A stretch of DNA of 64,000 nt. Source: the human T2T-CHM13v2.0 reference genome, Homo sapiens. The translations under genes were made by a program, and so were the position numbers. The DNA is taken from the NCBI RefSeq assembly GCF_009914755.1, contig NC_060929.1. The stretch is one strand, 5' to 3'. Position 1 is the stretch's first letter; every line of letters begins with the position of its first letter. Under the pieces are notes generated by a model. The model was given only the letters and a program-made list of their open reading frames with translations. It made no database searches and was not told the DNA's origin. Shown here piece by piece: positions 1-14,345 of this stretch.

Positions 1-829
1 CACAGATACATTATGAACCTTTCTTGGGTAGGCCTTACACACACAAAGTATAGAATAGAAAGTACATTATCCCATTAAAGTGTTCTTGTTTCCTTTGGAA
101 TAATATCATTTAGAATGCACCTTAGCATATTAAGTGGTTGACAGATAGCATAAACAAAAATAGGTTTTACATTGCAGCTGTACACAATACACCTTTGTAC
201 AGTTGACTGATTGCTTACAACAATAAAAAATAATGGTAGCATTCTGCTGTCAAACTTTCTGGGTAGTTTATAGCGAACTTCAAAAATATGGTTCCTTTTC
301 TGCAAATGCAATTAATTTGAAGATAAAAGTAATGTGGTGCCATGAAACATAAATGTTTCACCCCAAAGAAGAGATTGTTATCCCATAACAATAGATAAAG
401 TTTCACATCCCAATTTTTCGAAAGAAAGCAATAGTACCACTTAAGTATGCAAGGAAATGCTTTATGTGGCGACGAGTACAATATTATTAATATAAAAAAG
501 AGAAAAGTATTTATTTACCAATTTTGACTGTTGTCATGGACATCACTGTTTCAAATGGCATTTTTGACAAAACAATTTGCTGGCTAATAGTTGCAGGAGA
601 ACTGAAAGATTTTTTTTTTCCCTGTGTATTTACAATATAAAAAATGCATCCTCAATGTAACTTTTCTGCTTAAGAGGAAAAAGAATGAGTTCTGTAAAAC
701 AACCCTTCCAGTGCAGTTTCTATAAGAACAAATGAATGCAAGTGTTCACGAGGCCTAATCTTCCCTTTTGTATTTGTTTCTTCATTAAGCTCTAACTATG
801 CTCTAGCTCTTGTACCCTGAAGATTTGAT

Positions 830-1320
830 GTGAAGATGGTATGACAGGCTTGGCTTCTCCCGATGCAGCTGGCACTCCTGATGCCAAAAGCCAGAGCTTG
901 TGGTAGTGGGATCAGGAGAGAGTCGTTCCCAGCACAGTTTGCCTGTCAGTTTCCCATGCGCCTCGCAGTGCAGCGCTCCCTCCCCAAGTCCCCTTAATGA
1001 GAAGTGGAGGACAATACCAGTATTGTTGTTTCTACTCACAATCTTGTGGAAAGAACAATCGCTGTTTACCCAAGCATTTGTATTACCCAAACTCTGCCGA
1101 TAATTACTTCTAGAGTCCCTGATTAACTCTGCTCTCTGCCTCAGCACAAAAAAGCTATTGAGATAGACACCAGACAACTTTTCTATCTCTTAGAGCCTTT
1201 TAACAGTTTACTGAATATGACTCAGTCCTCATACTTATTAGAAGAAATGTACCTACGTGATTTGCACTCAGCTCATCGGAGCTTGCTAACCATATAAGTC
1301 GCACAGGTGTACTTTGGAAG
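830..1320. promoter_or_regulatory. Candidate conserved enhancer (neural/retinal progenitor or glial type)
   Basis: Repeat-free segment, GC-richer than its flanks, with dense motifs: TGACAG 842-847, CAGCTG 866-871, TGCCAA 882-887, TTCCCA (RBPJ core on the minus strand) 926-931 and 951-956, inverted SOX pair ACAATA-CCAG-TATTGT 1011-1026, CACAAT 1037-1042, AACAAT 1054-1059, TGTTTAC 1063-1069, TAATTA 1101-1106, TGATTA 1120-1125, TGACTCA 1218-1224, CAGGTG 1304-1309. Function is inferred from motifs only. Confidence 0.55.
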
Positions 1321-4300
1321 GCTTAAAAATTCCCCATCACCCTCCCTTCTCCCCTGTCTCTCAAAAAAGTTAAAAAGCTCTGTCTCCTTTCAGTTGCTGT
1401 GTCCCTGTACCTAGGAGTCTATGATAAATGCAAGCACATTTCAAGTAACAATGATATTTCTAGTCAGTTTTTTGCTGTTAACTTTTTATAGTAAAATATG
1501 TAGGAGAAAAATTTCTAGTTATTTAATTACTATGAGATTTTATGATATGCTTTTGTTTTCTAAGACCTAACAAAATGGAACTGTTGCTATGTCTATTTCA
1601 ATGATATTGGTAATAATTTTAATCTGTCACATCACTTCCACCCCCCTTCACGTCCCACCTCACATGCAGTCTGCTGTTAGCACTATGCAAAACACCATCA
1701 TGAATATGCGTAATTATGGAGATTCATGGTAATTTTTCAGGGTTATCCGATGTGACGTTTATAGGACAGCAGCATACATCAATTTAAATGAGTGTGACAA
1801 ATATCTTATCCTTTATATTTCTATAGTATTTTTAATATTTTCTTGGCCCCTCTCCAGGGAGTAGTGTGAAATGGTAAGAACTTGAATAATAAAAATGTTA
1901 AACAATCAAATGCTTCACTACAATGTTTTTTAAAGGCAAGTTTAAAAATGATTCTCTACCTGTTGAAGCTTAAAAAGTATCATATACTGAATTTTTTCTT
2001 AGGCAGTACTTTTTATTGAGCATCTTACACATTTCCAAACCAACAAAAGCATGGACATTTGCAGGTGCCATTTTACGATGAGGCTGAATTGCTTAATTAC
2101 TTTTAAACTATGACCGCTTGCCTGACAAAATTATTTGGCAAACATGGTCCACCAACTTTATTAAGCATAAGCATTTGAAACAATAATCTAATTGTGGTAT
2201 TTTTGAATTTTGTTCTTAGTCTGTAGCACCTCTTAGAGACTTGCATATAATCTTTATCTCAGTGACTAATTAGGACTAGCTTGACAATTTCATATTTACA
2301 ATGATTACCAAGTAGGAATCCTCTTCCTTGTTCAGTATGTTTGTCATGAATACTGTACAATCCTAATTACATTGAAGATATAAAGAGCCCCATAATTTGA
2401 TTGAGAGACATCTTGAGTTTAAAGTGAGTAAATGTGAATTGTATCGAGAATTTTAAATGGCAGAGCAATTAATACCTATTTCTCATGCAGTCACTAAAAA
2501 GACGAAATAACTGTGTGCATGCAAGTCATTGTATCAGCCATATTTTTAAGGGTGTTAACAATAAAGTCATTAAAAACTGGCTTGATTGAAAATGATCTTC
2601 CTCATTCCAACCAACTGAATTCAGAATTCCTTTTTCTCTAGCATATACTTTCAGGATTTCGGGCTGAGGGTCAAACCTTCGCAATTAAATGTTCCTCAGT
2701 ACTATATTGGCAACACACCATCGTGAATACTCTTCATACAATTAGCAGGGCCTACTGTGGAAGTATACTGCTGATAGAAATAATAATGAGGAATACTGGG
2801 GCATTAGTATGCCAGAGTAGGTTGGAGAAACCTAGTTTGCATGATGCATGTATAATTGTATGTTACATCTAAATATCACTGTATGTTGCTTTAGAAATAA
2901 TTGCTTAGAAAAATATATTTAACACTTCCTCTCTTTTAAGGTCCCAATTTGATTAATAAACAAGTTCAGTGGTATATTAAGCCTATAAGTTAGCGATGTC
3001 TCAATGAATGTGTTCTGCATTTGCATGTTTCTTAAAGTGACACTTTCTGAAGACACACGATTGCCATGTCTATATACATGTATAAAGAGAAGTGAAGAAT
3101 TGATGCAATCATCCAGATAATTCAAGGGAAAAACACTTTTGCCTCAATTATCTATTGCAAGCAAAAGTGAGGGGTTTATCCTGAATTGTTCAAATAATTG
3201 CCTTGATTCTCTTCACTTTGCATGTGTAGACACATTTTACAATAATATTTATGTTAACATTTGCAATTTACATACATATAAGGCAGAAATACTTCTATAC
3301 ACAAGATGACCAAAATCTTTTCACAATAATTTCTACTGTTTGGTTGTCCCTAATTTTTGGTACAGTCAGATCATTTGTGTGCATGTTCTTATATGGTAAT
3401 TGAATCAAGGCAAAACTAGACAGACTCATTATGTTCATTTATTAAATGCTTGGTTAATAAACTGATTGGTATATACAATACTGATATCTCACCATTAAAA
3501 AATTCATTGATATATTCTATCTAAAACTTCAATAATATATACTTCTTACTGGGTATATCATAAATTCATTTGAGGAAGTAAATGTGATTCATATGTATAT
3601 TTATAATAAAATGCAACATTAAAACAAAGACAAATTTCCAAGAAATATATCTTATATTTTACATATTTAAGATTTGTTATGAATAAGTTAATATTCATAA
3701 AGAAATCAATACCAGAACACATTTTCAAAAGTTCCATTGACACATTAAAAATTCAAATACATAGCAGATTTTATAGTGTTTCCTCCATCTGCACTGACAG
3801 GAACAATAATATGTTTAATTACTGACATTTGTATTATTTTTACCTTACGTTTATTAAATATATAAAGTATATTTTCCATGACTTTTAAAATCTATACTGT
3901 TTATTAATACATGAGGAATCCTAAATTTCTTCTGGGCCTGCTTAATCACTATTTGAAGTCTTTATTCTGGTCCACATCAAAAATGCATTTTAGAAAATGT
4001 AAAGCAGCTCTATCATGCTTCTTCATATTGGTAGCATGTCAAAATATGTTTTGTTTGAACTTTAGAAATTAAATCTTGGTTTAGTTAAAATATTGCCAAA
4101 GTATTGGATTATAAGTGTTTGTCTGGACAAACAATTAATACCTAAATGTTGAAAGACACCAGAATACTTTATGGACCTATTTGGCAATGGAAATGAACTA
4201 TCTATGTTATAAATTTAGTAGATAGGGCTCATATGTAGCATTCATTTATAATTTTCATGTTTTATATAAAAGTACGTAATGGATGCTTACAGTACAACCA

Positions 4301-4699
4301 AAATCTTCTCTGTGCTCATAAAAACACATAAAGCAGATGCAAAATTAAGCATTTTGGAGTATTTTACCGCTCCAATATTGTTTTAATTTGTTCTAAAAAT
4401 CAAGTGTCTGTCTCTGAATTTTATTTATGAAAAATCAACTTCCAGAATTAAATGAATACATTTTATAAACACTGCAAGCATGGGGGCTTGATAGATATTT
4501 TTCTTCAAAATTGTTAAAGAGCAAAATATAATAATTTGGTGGCAAACATCTGTCTGGCAATCATATATGATAAATTCATAAGAAATACAGGAAAGATATT
4601 TATTTACTGTTACTGCTAAGCCAGACTTTATTTATCTTAGAAGATTTTTCATCTATGAGTGGAAAACAAACTTTCCTTCAAGAGGTCTGTGAACCGAAT

Positions 4700-4980
4700 A
4701 ATAAATGTCAGGTCTAAATCCTGTATGAAAATCAGTCCGGTTTAATCCTGGATATTCTTCAGCATGCAAATGAAGACTAGAGGTTTCCCTGGGCCCGCTG
4801 TCATACAGGCAGCCAATTTACAGACCCTGGCACTGTGTATGTGTTATGGGCTCGCTGGCTGCCCCTCCCCCGCAGCCTAAGACTTGGTCTCAGCTGCCTG
4901 CCTTTCACAGAAAACCACAAACCAAGGAAACATATCAGTAATAGCGCCCTGTAAATTAACTTGACATTTGATGCAGAAAA
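4700..4980. promoter_or_regulatory. Candidate enhancer
   Basis: Local GC rise in unique sequence, with TTAATCC (OTX/CRX-type) 4742-4748, octamer ATGCAAAT 4764-4771, CTGTCA 4798-4803, CAGCTG 4891-4896 and TAAATTAA. Inferred from motifs. Confidence 0.4.
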
Positions 4981-5639
4981 AAACCTAAAAGCTTACAAAA
5001 GACATTGAAAACAAAAGCCACTCAGGACCCACACTACATATATTGTGGATTTAAGAGATCTGGAAGGTGGTTATTCTATTGTAACTAACACATACAGCCT
5101 TCATCTTCTTTGTTAAGACAATTCAGTCATTCTTTGTTACAGGCATAGTATCCGTCAAACAAGAAAACAATATTTTCCACCAAAAAAAACCCCTAAAAGT
5201 CCAACTGATATTATAATAATAATTCAATCAATAGGTTTTTTTACATTTTAAAAATAGCCATACATTACTAATGTTTAAAGAAAAGAAGCTAAAATATGAT
5301 TTTATGTTTCCTTGGTAAATAAGACATGTTGACATTGCTAAGATGTAAATAATGTAAGATGCATTGGAGAATGGTGTGAATCTTGCTGAACATGAGGTAT
5401 TCACAAATATTGTTTTGTCTTAAAATTTTGCCTTTCAAGGCATTTAATTTTTTTCATGCTAGGAAACCCCTGAATCTCTTTTAAAAGAAAAAAAATTTTT
5501 TTGGTTCAAAGAAGGACTGTTGATAAAATATTAAATGGTTCTTTGACATCATCTGTGGTGTGGGGCTGGAGTGAGGCACTCAGCATATTTAAGCCATTAG
5601 ACATGCAGGAATGTTAACATTATTATGCGTTATTGTGTC

Positions 5640-5860
5640 TGGCTATGTGTCCCCCTCCTTATTCTCAATCTCTCTCTCTCTGCCTCTCACTCATTTTCCC
5701 TCCCTTCTTCCCTCCGCCCCACCTTTCTCAGAGTCTCTCCTACCTCTCCCGCCCTCAGCAGGGCCTGCTACACGGCATCTTACAAATGTCTGGTCTTATA
5801 GTTTACAAGCACAGAACTGTACTGGTAAAAATGCATAATCTCAGCATCTGTGCTTCTTGA
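5640..5860. promoter_or_regulatory. CT-rich polypyrimidine tract with GC boxes; possible regulatory element
   Basis: About 110 bp of CT-rich sequence containing CCGCCCC and CCCGCCC, followed by ATGCATAAT at 5831-5839. Confidence 0.3.
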
Positions 5861-8139
5861 TATTCATGGATTTATTTACAAGTCCCTGTGTTCTACTTTT
5901 TTTTTGCCTGTTTCTATGGTTTATATTACTGTCATGCCTATATTCTTGTGGGAGTTTCAAATAAGAATCAAGATATAACTGGCAAATATTCTGTAATGCA
6001 GACTGCATTTCCATAATTTAGCTGTTTTTTAAAAGAGACAATTTAAAGAGGTTTATGGACTTAAGGATATATGAAGAGTATTTTGATTGGCTTTTTTAGT
6101 ACTTCAACTGCTTAAGGTTCCGTTTGTGCAAAATGGATGTAATAAAATAAATTTATGAACATATATGTGCTTGTGTATATGTAAATGCATTTAGAATGAA
6201 AAAGTTCATAAATCTAAGTCAAATTTGCTGATTAAGTTCACTATATTCACATTTGGCAACATTAGGATATTTCACGAAAGGGTTCAAAGGTAAAAGGCAA
6301 ATATTTTATTTCTTCTTTAGATGCTAGCCTGCAAAAAACTTAAATATTTACAAAGCAAGTATTCAAGTTCCTGTGTTCCCCCAGCCCTCAACATACATAC
6401 CCCTCCCATTCTTGGTGCTAGTTTAACAGCAGCCTTTTAGTAGCCATTGCCAGTGCCAAATAAGTCTCTTTTTCCTTTTTTTCAAGCTGTAAAAACAGTC
6501 TTTTGAATAATTTAATTAACAGCAAAATCAGAAATTTAACTTACTTTACAATAATTCTCTAACCATTTCCCATCTACCCACTCCCCTTCCCCGCATAGAA
6601 TTCTACCTTCATATTATCAATGCACTTATTTTTAGGGATTAATATTCACTAGTTTAATGTAACATTGAAATCAGAGAAGTCTATGTACATTTGCTGTTTA
6701 TAGCTCCAGTTTAATTACTATGTGTTAAGTCGGCTAGACACTGAAATGAATTTTATGAATATCTTTCAAGACAGCAATATTTTGGACCTGCATATGAGAG
6801 AAAATACGATGGCAGGGGACAATACATTAAATGATCTTTATGCCAGTATTCTTGAAAATTCACGTTCTATGTAGGAAAATGTTAAATATGAGAACATTAC
6901 GATAAAGGCTTGTTATAGTCCTAAAGTGTGGGATATATAAAATACCCAGATTTGCACATGTATAGTTGCAACACATGCTAAGCAGTACAGATTATTAAGC
7001 AAGATTCATTCCTTTATTGGAGAGGGAGGGGAGTAATTTACAGACAAGAGCTAAGCAATTCTGTTTAACACAACTCTGTCTAGTTGATCGTAAGGCATGT
7101 GTGGTATTTTTCCAAAGCCCGTCATCAATAGTAAAGCAATTTACAGCTCCAGAAATTTTTTAGAAGATACTCATTTTATTAAGAGTAAGTAAGATAGGTT
7201 GTGTGGAAAGATACACATGTATTTGCAATTCATATCGTTGCTGTGTTTCTATTGTGTTCTGAGCTTCCATCATGGCTGGGAGATGGGAAGCTGGCATGCA
7301 GTGCAGGAGGGTAAGACAGAAAGCCCCAAATAAATACTTAGAGCATTTTCTAATTATCTCTTATTATGACCACCTTTCTTTCCCCCGACCCACCCCGGGT
7401 GGAGGGGGGCAGTGGGGAGTGATGGAAAGAAGATGATTGTAAGTGCAGATCATATCCGTGCCATTAAATAATATTAATAATTCTTTTGGTCCACAGGATG
7501 ATGTTTTCATTCTGGACTTTGAAGCTCCTCAGTCTACCCATTCAAAGCGATGACAGAAAAATGAATCTGAATGTGTAGGCATTAAACATTTAAATTCTCT
7601 ACTCCCTGGTCATTATATTGACTGTCATATTTTACACCTTCCCCTCCCCCACTATGCTTTTGCTGATTTGACTTCATTTACATTGGCTCATTATGCATCC
7701 GGTCTTTGTTCTACTGAACAGAATACAGTACAGTGACAAAGCAAAACTTACGTGTCGGCTGGAATATTTTTCTGTTTTAAAAATTAAGTTTCACTACTTA
7801 AATTTATATTTGACTTCCCAATATTGTTTAAATTGGAGGCAAGTCTTTTCTTATACAATAACTATAATCTACATGCAATTATTTTAAGAGTGGTTAAAAT
7901 TACCTCAAAATGTCATTAGGAAATGACATTTAAGACCTTTTATAACAAATATTCTACTGCTACCTAGGCAGTATTATCATATTAGAAGTATTAGGCTTTT
8001 CTTTCCAAACCTCTGTCTGAATTTCTATGTAGGCCCAAGGAGCAAGCTTTTATCTATTTTATATGAAGTTCATTGTTTAGAGCTGTCCCTTATGGGTCTT
8101 GTTTTAATGTATCAAACAACAAAGGTAATGTCAATCCTT

Positions 8140-8160
8140 AAAAAAAAAAAAAAAAAAAAA
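8140..8160 (+). repeat. Poly(A)21 mononucleotide run
   Basis: Seen directly; no Alu or L1 body upstream of it. Confidence 0.95.
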
Positions 8161-8714
8161 TTCCTGCTTTGCATTTCTTGCAATTAAAAAGGTTATCTGA
8201 TTTACAAACCAAATTTTCATTAAATTAAAAGGAAGTCCTAGCTGATCGATCACATAGAAAAATATGAAAGTTACATTGAGCTTTAAATGTCTATCCCCAT
8301 GACAGTGCACACTATCTTTTCATTTGTTACAACCAATGGAGACATGGGATTAATCTAATACAGCCTAATTAAACACCCATTCACACATGAAGGTTTTTAA
8401 TGGTACCAGTGGCTAGTGGCACAAATGCTACTTTGTATCACAGTTAATATTTGCATTTATTTGACATTGGACAATAGATATTTTTGAATACAAAGAAAAT
8501 GGGAAAAATAAAATATTGTGGAGGATGCTTTTGAAAATACAAGCAATTTCTTGTTTCCACCAAGATAATTGCCACATATACAATGTAGGTTTCATTTCAG
8601 ATATTTAGACCAAGATGCTTTTCTAATTTTTGTCATTTATCAAAATGTATAATCATGGTGACAGTGGCTACATGTCTAGGGCACCATCTTGGAAGAAAAA
8701 AGCATCATGTCTTC

Positions 8715-8860
8715 TTGGTTCCGTTAGTGACTCATTGTGTGAATTTTGGCTGGCGTCTCCTTTAACCTGCTTGTGCCTTGATTTTTTAACCTATAAAAAG
8801 GGAATATTCGCCCATTACTTACCCCTGTTGGGTTACTGTGAAGTTTAATTAGAATAAAAT
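8715..8860 (+). mobile_element. MIR SINE fragment
   Basis: Degenerate MIR core (tttaacctgcttgtgccttgattttttaacctataaaaaggg...gttactgtgaagtttaattaga). Confidence 0.6.
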
Positions 8861-9859
8861 ATTGCTCCTAGAATAAAAGTATCTTAAGGATGAAAGTTTT
8901 CGTTTTTTTTTCATTAACTTTTTACTACATGGTAGGGAATGCAGTGTTGTAGATTTGCCTGTACTCAGCCAATCTCTTTTTCTTAAGTTTGGAACTTTTG
9001 ATTCTAGAGTTAATAAAAATAAAATCCAAATGCGTAATTAGATTTTTTAGAGATGGGAGCAGTCACCCACATCTTGGCAATTTACATTATATAATCTTAT
9101 ATCAGCTGCAAGATGTTTTTATGAGTATAACTGGTTTTAGAAAATGGCTTCTGCAGGAGAAATAGTCAACACAGTAGCATTCAAAATGACTTCAAGCTTG
9201 CAGGAGAGCTAGAAATTAGGCAAAGAACTCCTACCCCAATGGAACCACAAGGGAAATAAAGTAAATTAAAGTTTTATATCTGTAGTTACTTTGTAACTAT
9301 CTTAAATTTTCCGTGGAGTCCTAGAAATTTTAGATATTAAGCAATATGTATCTCCAACGCAGAAATCTGTAAGATGGCATCATTTGAGCATTTATCTAGA
9401 CTTACCTAAAAGACATCCCAAACTCAACACCATTTCCAAAATACAAACTGGACACAATTAACCCTATTTTCATACCTAGCGTTAGAATGGTGTTATTTAA
9501 TGTCTTCACACTTCAACTGAATCATCTGTTATATAATGGAGTTGATGTAGATTATCAACGAGACCCTTCCAAGATCCAAAATGAACCTAGTCAGTATTTG
9601 GACATCACATCCTGAGAATTTTAGGCACCTGCCCAAATTTAAATATTGTATTAATTGTTCCATTTTTGTCCCTTTATATGATGAATGTTCACTAAATATT
9701 CAGTATATATCAGGCATTTGTTAAATTCTTGAAACCTAAAAAAGGAGCAAGTTGGAGGCACAGATAAAGACAACCTCGCTAAACTCTGACTGGGATCAAA
9801 GTCTATAAGGCATCTAATGACTTGACACACAGATGTGCTTTAAAAATATTAATGAGCAT

Positions 9860-10550
<691 letters not shown>

Positions 10551-10552
10551 CC

Positions 10553-11417
10553 CAGTGATTTTCAGAATGTGTTTTGGAGAACCCTGGGGTTACTGAAGCT
10601 TTTTCAAGAGGTCTATGAGGTCAAAATTATTTTTGTAATAATATGAAGATGTTATTTCCCCTTTTGCTCTCGTTCTCTCACAAATGCAGTGTAGAGTTTT
10701 CCAAAGGCTACATGGTGTGTGATATTGCAACAGATTGAATGCAGAAGTTGATATAAGAATCCAGCGGTAATTTTCACTGAATGTTTTTGTCCTCCCAAAT
10801 CCGTATGCTGAAGCCCTAATCCCCAGTGTGATGGTATTTGGAAATGGGGCTTTTAGGAGGTAATTAGGTTTAGATGAGATCATAATGGTGGAGCCCCTGT
10901 GATGGGGTTAGCGCCCATATAAGAAAATGAAGAGACCAGAATCCACTCTCTCTCCTCCAAGTGAAGACATAGCCAGAAAGCAGTCATCTGTAAACCAGGG
11001 AGAGGGCCCTCACCAAGAAACCAACCATGGTGGCAGCCTGATTTTGGACTTCCAGCTTCCAGAACTGTGATAAATAAATGTTGTTTAAGTCACCCAGTCA
11101 TAGCAGTTTGGAAGAGCAGCCTGAACTAACTAAGACAAGCAGGTTAAGGATTGGCAAAACTGTATAATGGTGCCATTTTCCTCACTAAATTTTTATTTTT
11201 TTTTGTAAAATTTCGTATTTTATATAAAAAAGTTATGTTAACATATAATTGATTTATTATAGTCATTTTCAATTAATGGATATTTTTAAATGTTCTTAAT
11301 TTTAATTTCAAATACAAGAAAAAAATCAATGCATGTAACCAATATCAACAAAAACTCTTTAGGAGTCCTCCATAATTTTTAAAGTAAAGAAACCAAAAAC
11401 CAAAAGTTTGGGAATTG
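10553..11417. mobile_element. hAT-Charlie non-autonomous DNA transposon (Charlie1/MER119-like), interrupted by an LTR
   Basis: Begins CAGTG; contains the Charlie1-type ttttccaaaggctacatg...gaatgcagaagttgatataagaatccagc. Degenerate 8-bp TSD ACTTAGCC/ACCTATCC. Confidence 0.7.
10767..11137 (+). mobile_element. MLT1A-type MaLR solo LTR nested in the Charlie element
   Basis: tgaatgtttttgtcctcccaaat...ttggacttccagcttccagaactgtga...aataaatg...ctaagaca. Confidence 0.85.
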
Positions 11418-13373
11418 ACCTATCCTATTCTGACTGACGCAGTGAGTTTCACAAGGAGTAGCTTACTGGAGCTAATTAAGCTCTGTCATTTGTGGAGCTC
11501 TCTGGATAGAAAACTATAACTTTAAAAGTAGAGTTAGAACCAATCATACGATTTAGTTACTTAACAGAATGAGATGGGACTTTTCATGTTATGTAACAAA
11601 AGACTGGTTGTTGCCTAATACAACTGCTATAATAATTAGTCTAGACCCAGTCAACTGTCTCTTTGGTAGAGTTTGACTGAGTGTATTTTCCTCTTTATTC
11701 TGTAAAAGAGAGTAAATGCAATTTCTTGAAGTAAGTGTGAACATACATAAGCGAAACTGTAAGTCACCCTACACATGTACAATGTGTCTAATTTAGAGGG
11801 AAAAGGTAACAAGAGGGAATAGAAGAGGGCTTGTAAGATGAGAAAGTTTCAAATCACACTTTTGATATACAGACACATCCTGAGTGCAACACACCATCCC
11901 AAAGCAGAAAATCTGAATTTAAAATGTTTGGGCCCATTATCTCTCTTCCAGGCCAGCAATTTCTATATCAATTTACTCTTACTGGCATCGTGGTTCATAA
12001 ATGGGTTTTCCATCGTTTCAATTCTTGATGTGCATTCCTTCAACTGGATCATAAGCTCCTTAAGAGTAACAATGATACCTTCTATTGAATTTGCCTCTGT
12101 CCATCCCCAGTGACTGCACCTAGTGCTCCACATGAGACTGGGACTCCATAAATGCCAGCAGATTAAGTAAAACAAGATAGCATCTTTTAACTTCAGAGCT
12201 CTTGGCAGGTCATAAAATAAATAACTGGTTAGTGGGGGTAGGTTTACTATTCCTGTTAACTTAAATATACCTAACACTATAAAATCAATATTCTGTGAAA
12301 TATTAAATGGTCATTAAAGGCAAAAATAAACAGAACACATCTAGCACATACATCCCATTGAAGAACTATTTCTCTAGCCAGCATAATTCCTGGATGGACT
12401 CTGCTCTATTCCAACTGCCCTTCAGGGAAATTTTCATTTAAATATATTCCTCCTTTCTATAATATCCAGTTGTAGAAACTCCTAAAGCAGTTTATTATCT
12501 TAAAATATAAGATATTTCTTCTATAGTTTTTGAGTCACCCGCTTTTGTAGAAATCCATGTAGAATTTGTGGAAATTTCCTACTTATAAGAACCAACTAAA
12601 AAAAAATTTTATGAATAAGTGTTTGTATATAAAATTTTTATAGAATTTGCTGGTTTATAGACATTATCTATGCTGTATACATTATCCCATCTGAACTTCT
12701 CAACTAACTTGTAAGATAATTATTATGCTTACCCCTATTTTAAAGCAAAAGCACTGCCAAGTTAAGAGATACATCCAAGAACATGTATCTAGTAATGGAA
12801 AGCAAATTCAAGTCCAGAATCAATTCCAGAGTCACGACGCTTTCTAAACTGTTAAGATATGAACCTGATAGAAAAGTTTATTTTTATTCTTCTAATAAAG
12901 AATACAGTATTATTTCCCTGAAATGATTTCCAAATTGTATTATACAGACGAACTAATTGTTTTTCCACAGCTTGAGTGAATGAGGGCATAGGTGAATATT
13001 TCTAGTGTAAATATAGGCAATTGGAATTTTTGCAGGTATTCCTGAGGAAAATCACTCTTTCTGAACTTCAAAATGTTTATTTTTCATTTAATTCTTTATT
13101 GTGTCCCTTAATTGAATTTTCCTTTATAAAAAATCCATTTATAAATTTGAACAAAGTCTAAGTGTTAAATAACTCAAGTAGATTGCCTTGGAAATAACCT
13201 AGAGATACTTCTTCAAATTAAAGAAAAAAAGGAGTATTATGGTAACACTTTTCTTGAGATTTCTAGTAGGTTGGATGGTAGTGATTGTTAATACAATAGT
13301 TAATCCATTTGTATTTTCAGCAGCTACTATAATAAAAATAATTAATGAGCCTTTCATTTAGATTTTCTGGTGA

Positions 13374-13495
13374 TTTTTTATTACTATACTTTAAATTCTG
13401 GGATACGTGTGCAAAACGTGCAGGTTTGTTACATAGATATACATGTGACATGGTGGTTTGCTGCACCCATCAGCCCCTCATCTATGTTTTAATCC
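13374..13495 (-). mobile_element. Very short 5'-truncated L1PA (L1PA8-like) 3' end
   Basis: ttctgggatacgtgtgcaaaacgtgcaggtttgttacat...ggtggtttgctgcacccatc; TSD TCTGGTGA at 13366-13373 and 13496-13503. Confidence 0.9.
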
Positions 13496-13999
13496 TCTGG
13501 TGAATTATTAACTGGAGGTTGTTTCTCATAAAAATTCTCTTAAAAATCAGTTGAAAACCTCTACCCCTAATCTAGAACGCAGAGTTATTTAAAGTTAAAA
13601 AGCAAACATTAAGCTCTATACCATGATTAATAAAAGCAATGGACTAAAAATTACTATTTTTTGCTTGGTTTCTAATAGCAATAATCATAAAAGCATATGT
13701 TTCCCTCCTTCTTTAACTACAAAGTTTGATACAAAAAGTTATGAACACTTACACTCTTTACAAGAGTTCAGAAAGCTAGAACGGTATTAGAAGGCAAGGA
13801 TAGGCAGGTGAGATGGAAGCAGCATTCCAGAACTGCTATTATTCACCCTTTTCCTCGAGAGGTTTGAAATCCTACCTCAAGTTATTACACATGTGCAATG
13901 ATTGTCAGGGTACTCTAACTCTTATCTGGCAGAAATATGTAAATCAAAGAAAGCTGCGGTCCAAATGTTATTTTCTTAGTATCTCAAAATTCATAGTAC

Positions 14000-14345
14000 A
14001 ATATTTCCTTGACATGACTTCTTCATTTCTTTCAAGTAATACTTTCCCCTGGTCCTTCCACGTGTTTAGGATGGTTGCTCTTGGGCCTTTGCAAGAAGTC
14101 TCTTAGTCTAGAAACCTCCTGCATTAACCTCTTCTCACATCCTAAAAGATGTCTTATTTCTTTGAGTGACCTCTATAATCTCAACCACATTTACATGTAT
14201 ATGAAAACCACAAAGAAACCTACTAGACTCTTGATAGTTCTAGATTTATCATTCATGGTTTTCCCTCACTAGATTAAAGACTCCATAAAGACAAGGATCT
14301 TGTCTTACTGATGAGATGCTCAACATTTGTTGAATGAATTAAGCA
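14000..14345 (+). mobile_element. L2 3' fragment
   Basis: ctagattaaagactccataaagacaagga...gctcaacatttgttgaatgaat, the typical L2 3' end. Confidence 0.6.

Noticed and set aside
803-1177. 124-aa minus-strand ORF (and the 67-aa plus-strand ORF at 900-1103) in unique sequence
   Set aside because: Non-ATG starts, no recognisable protein similarity and no convincing splice structure. The sequence is better explained as a regulatory motif cluster.
7481-7500. Splice-acceptor-like ttcttttggtccacag/G
   Set aside because: No matching donor or open exon could be defined, and there is no transcript evidence from sequence alone.
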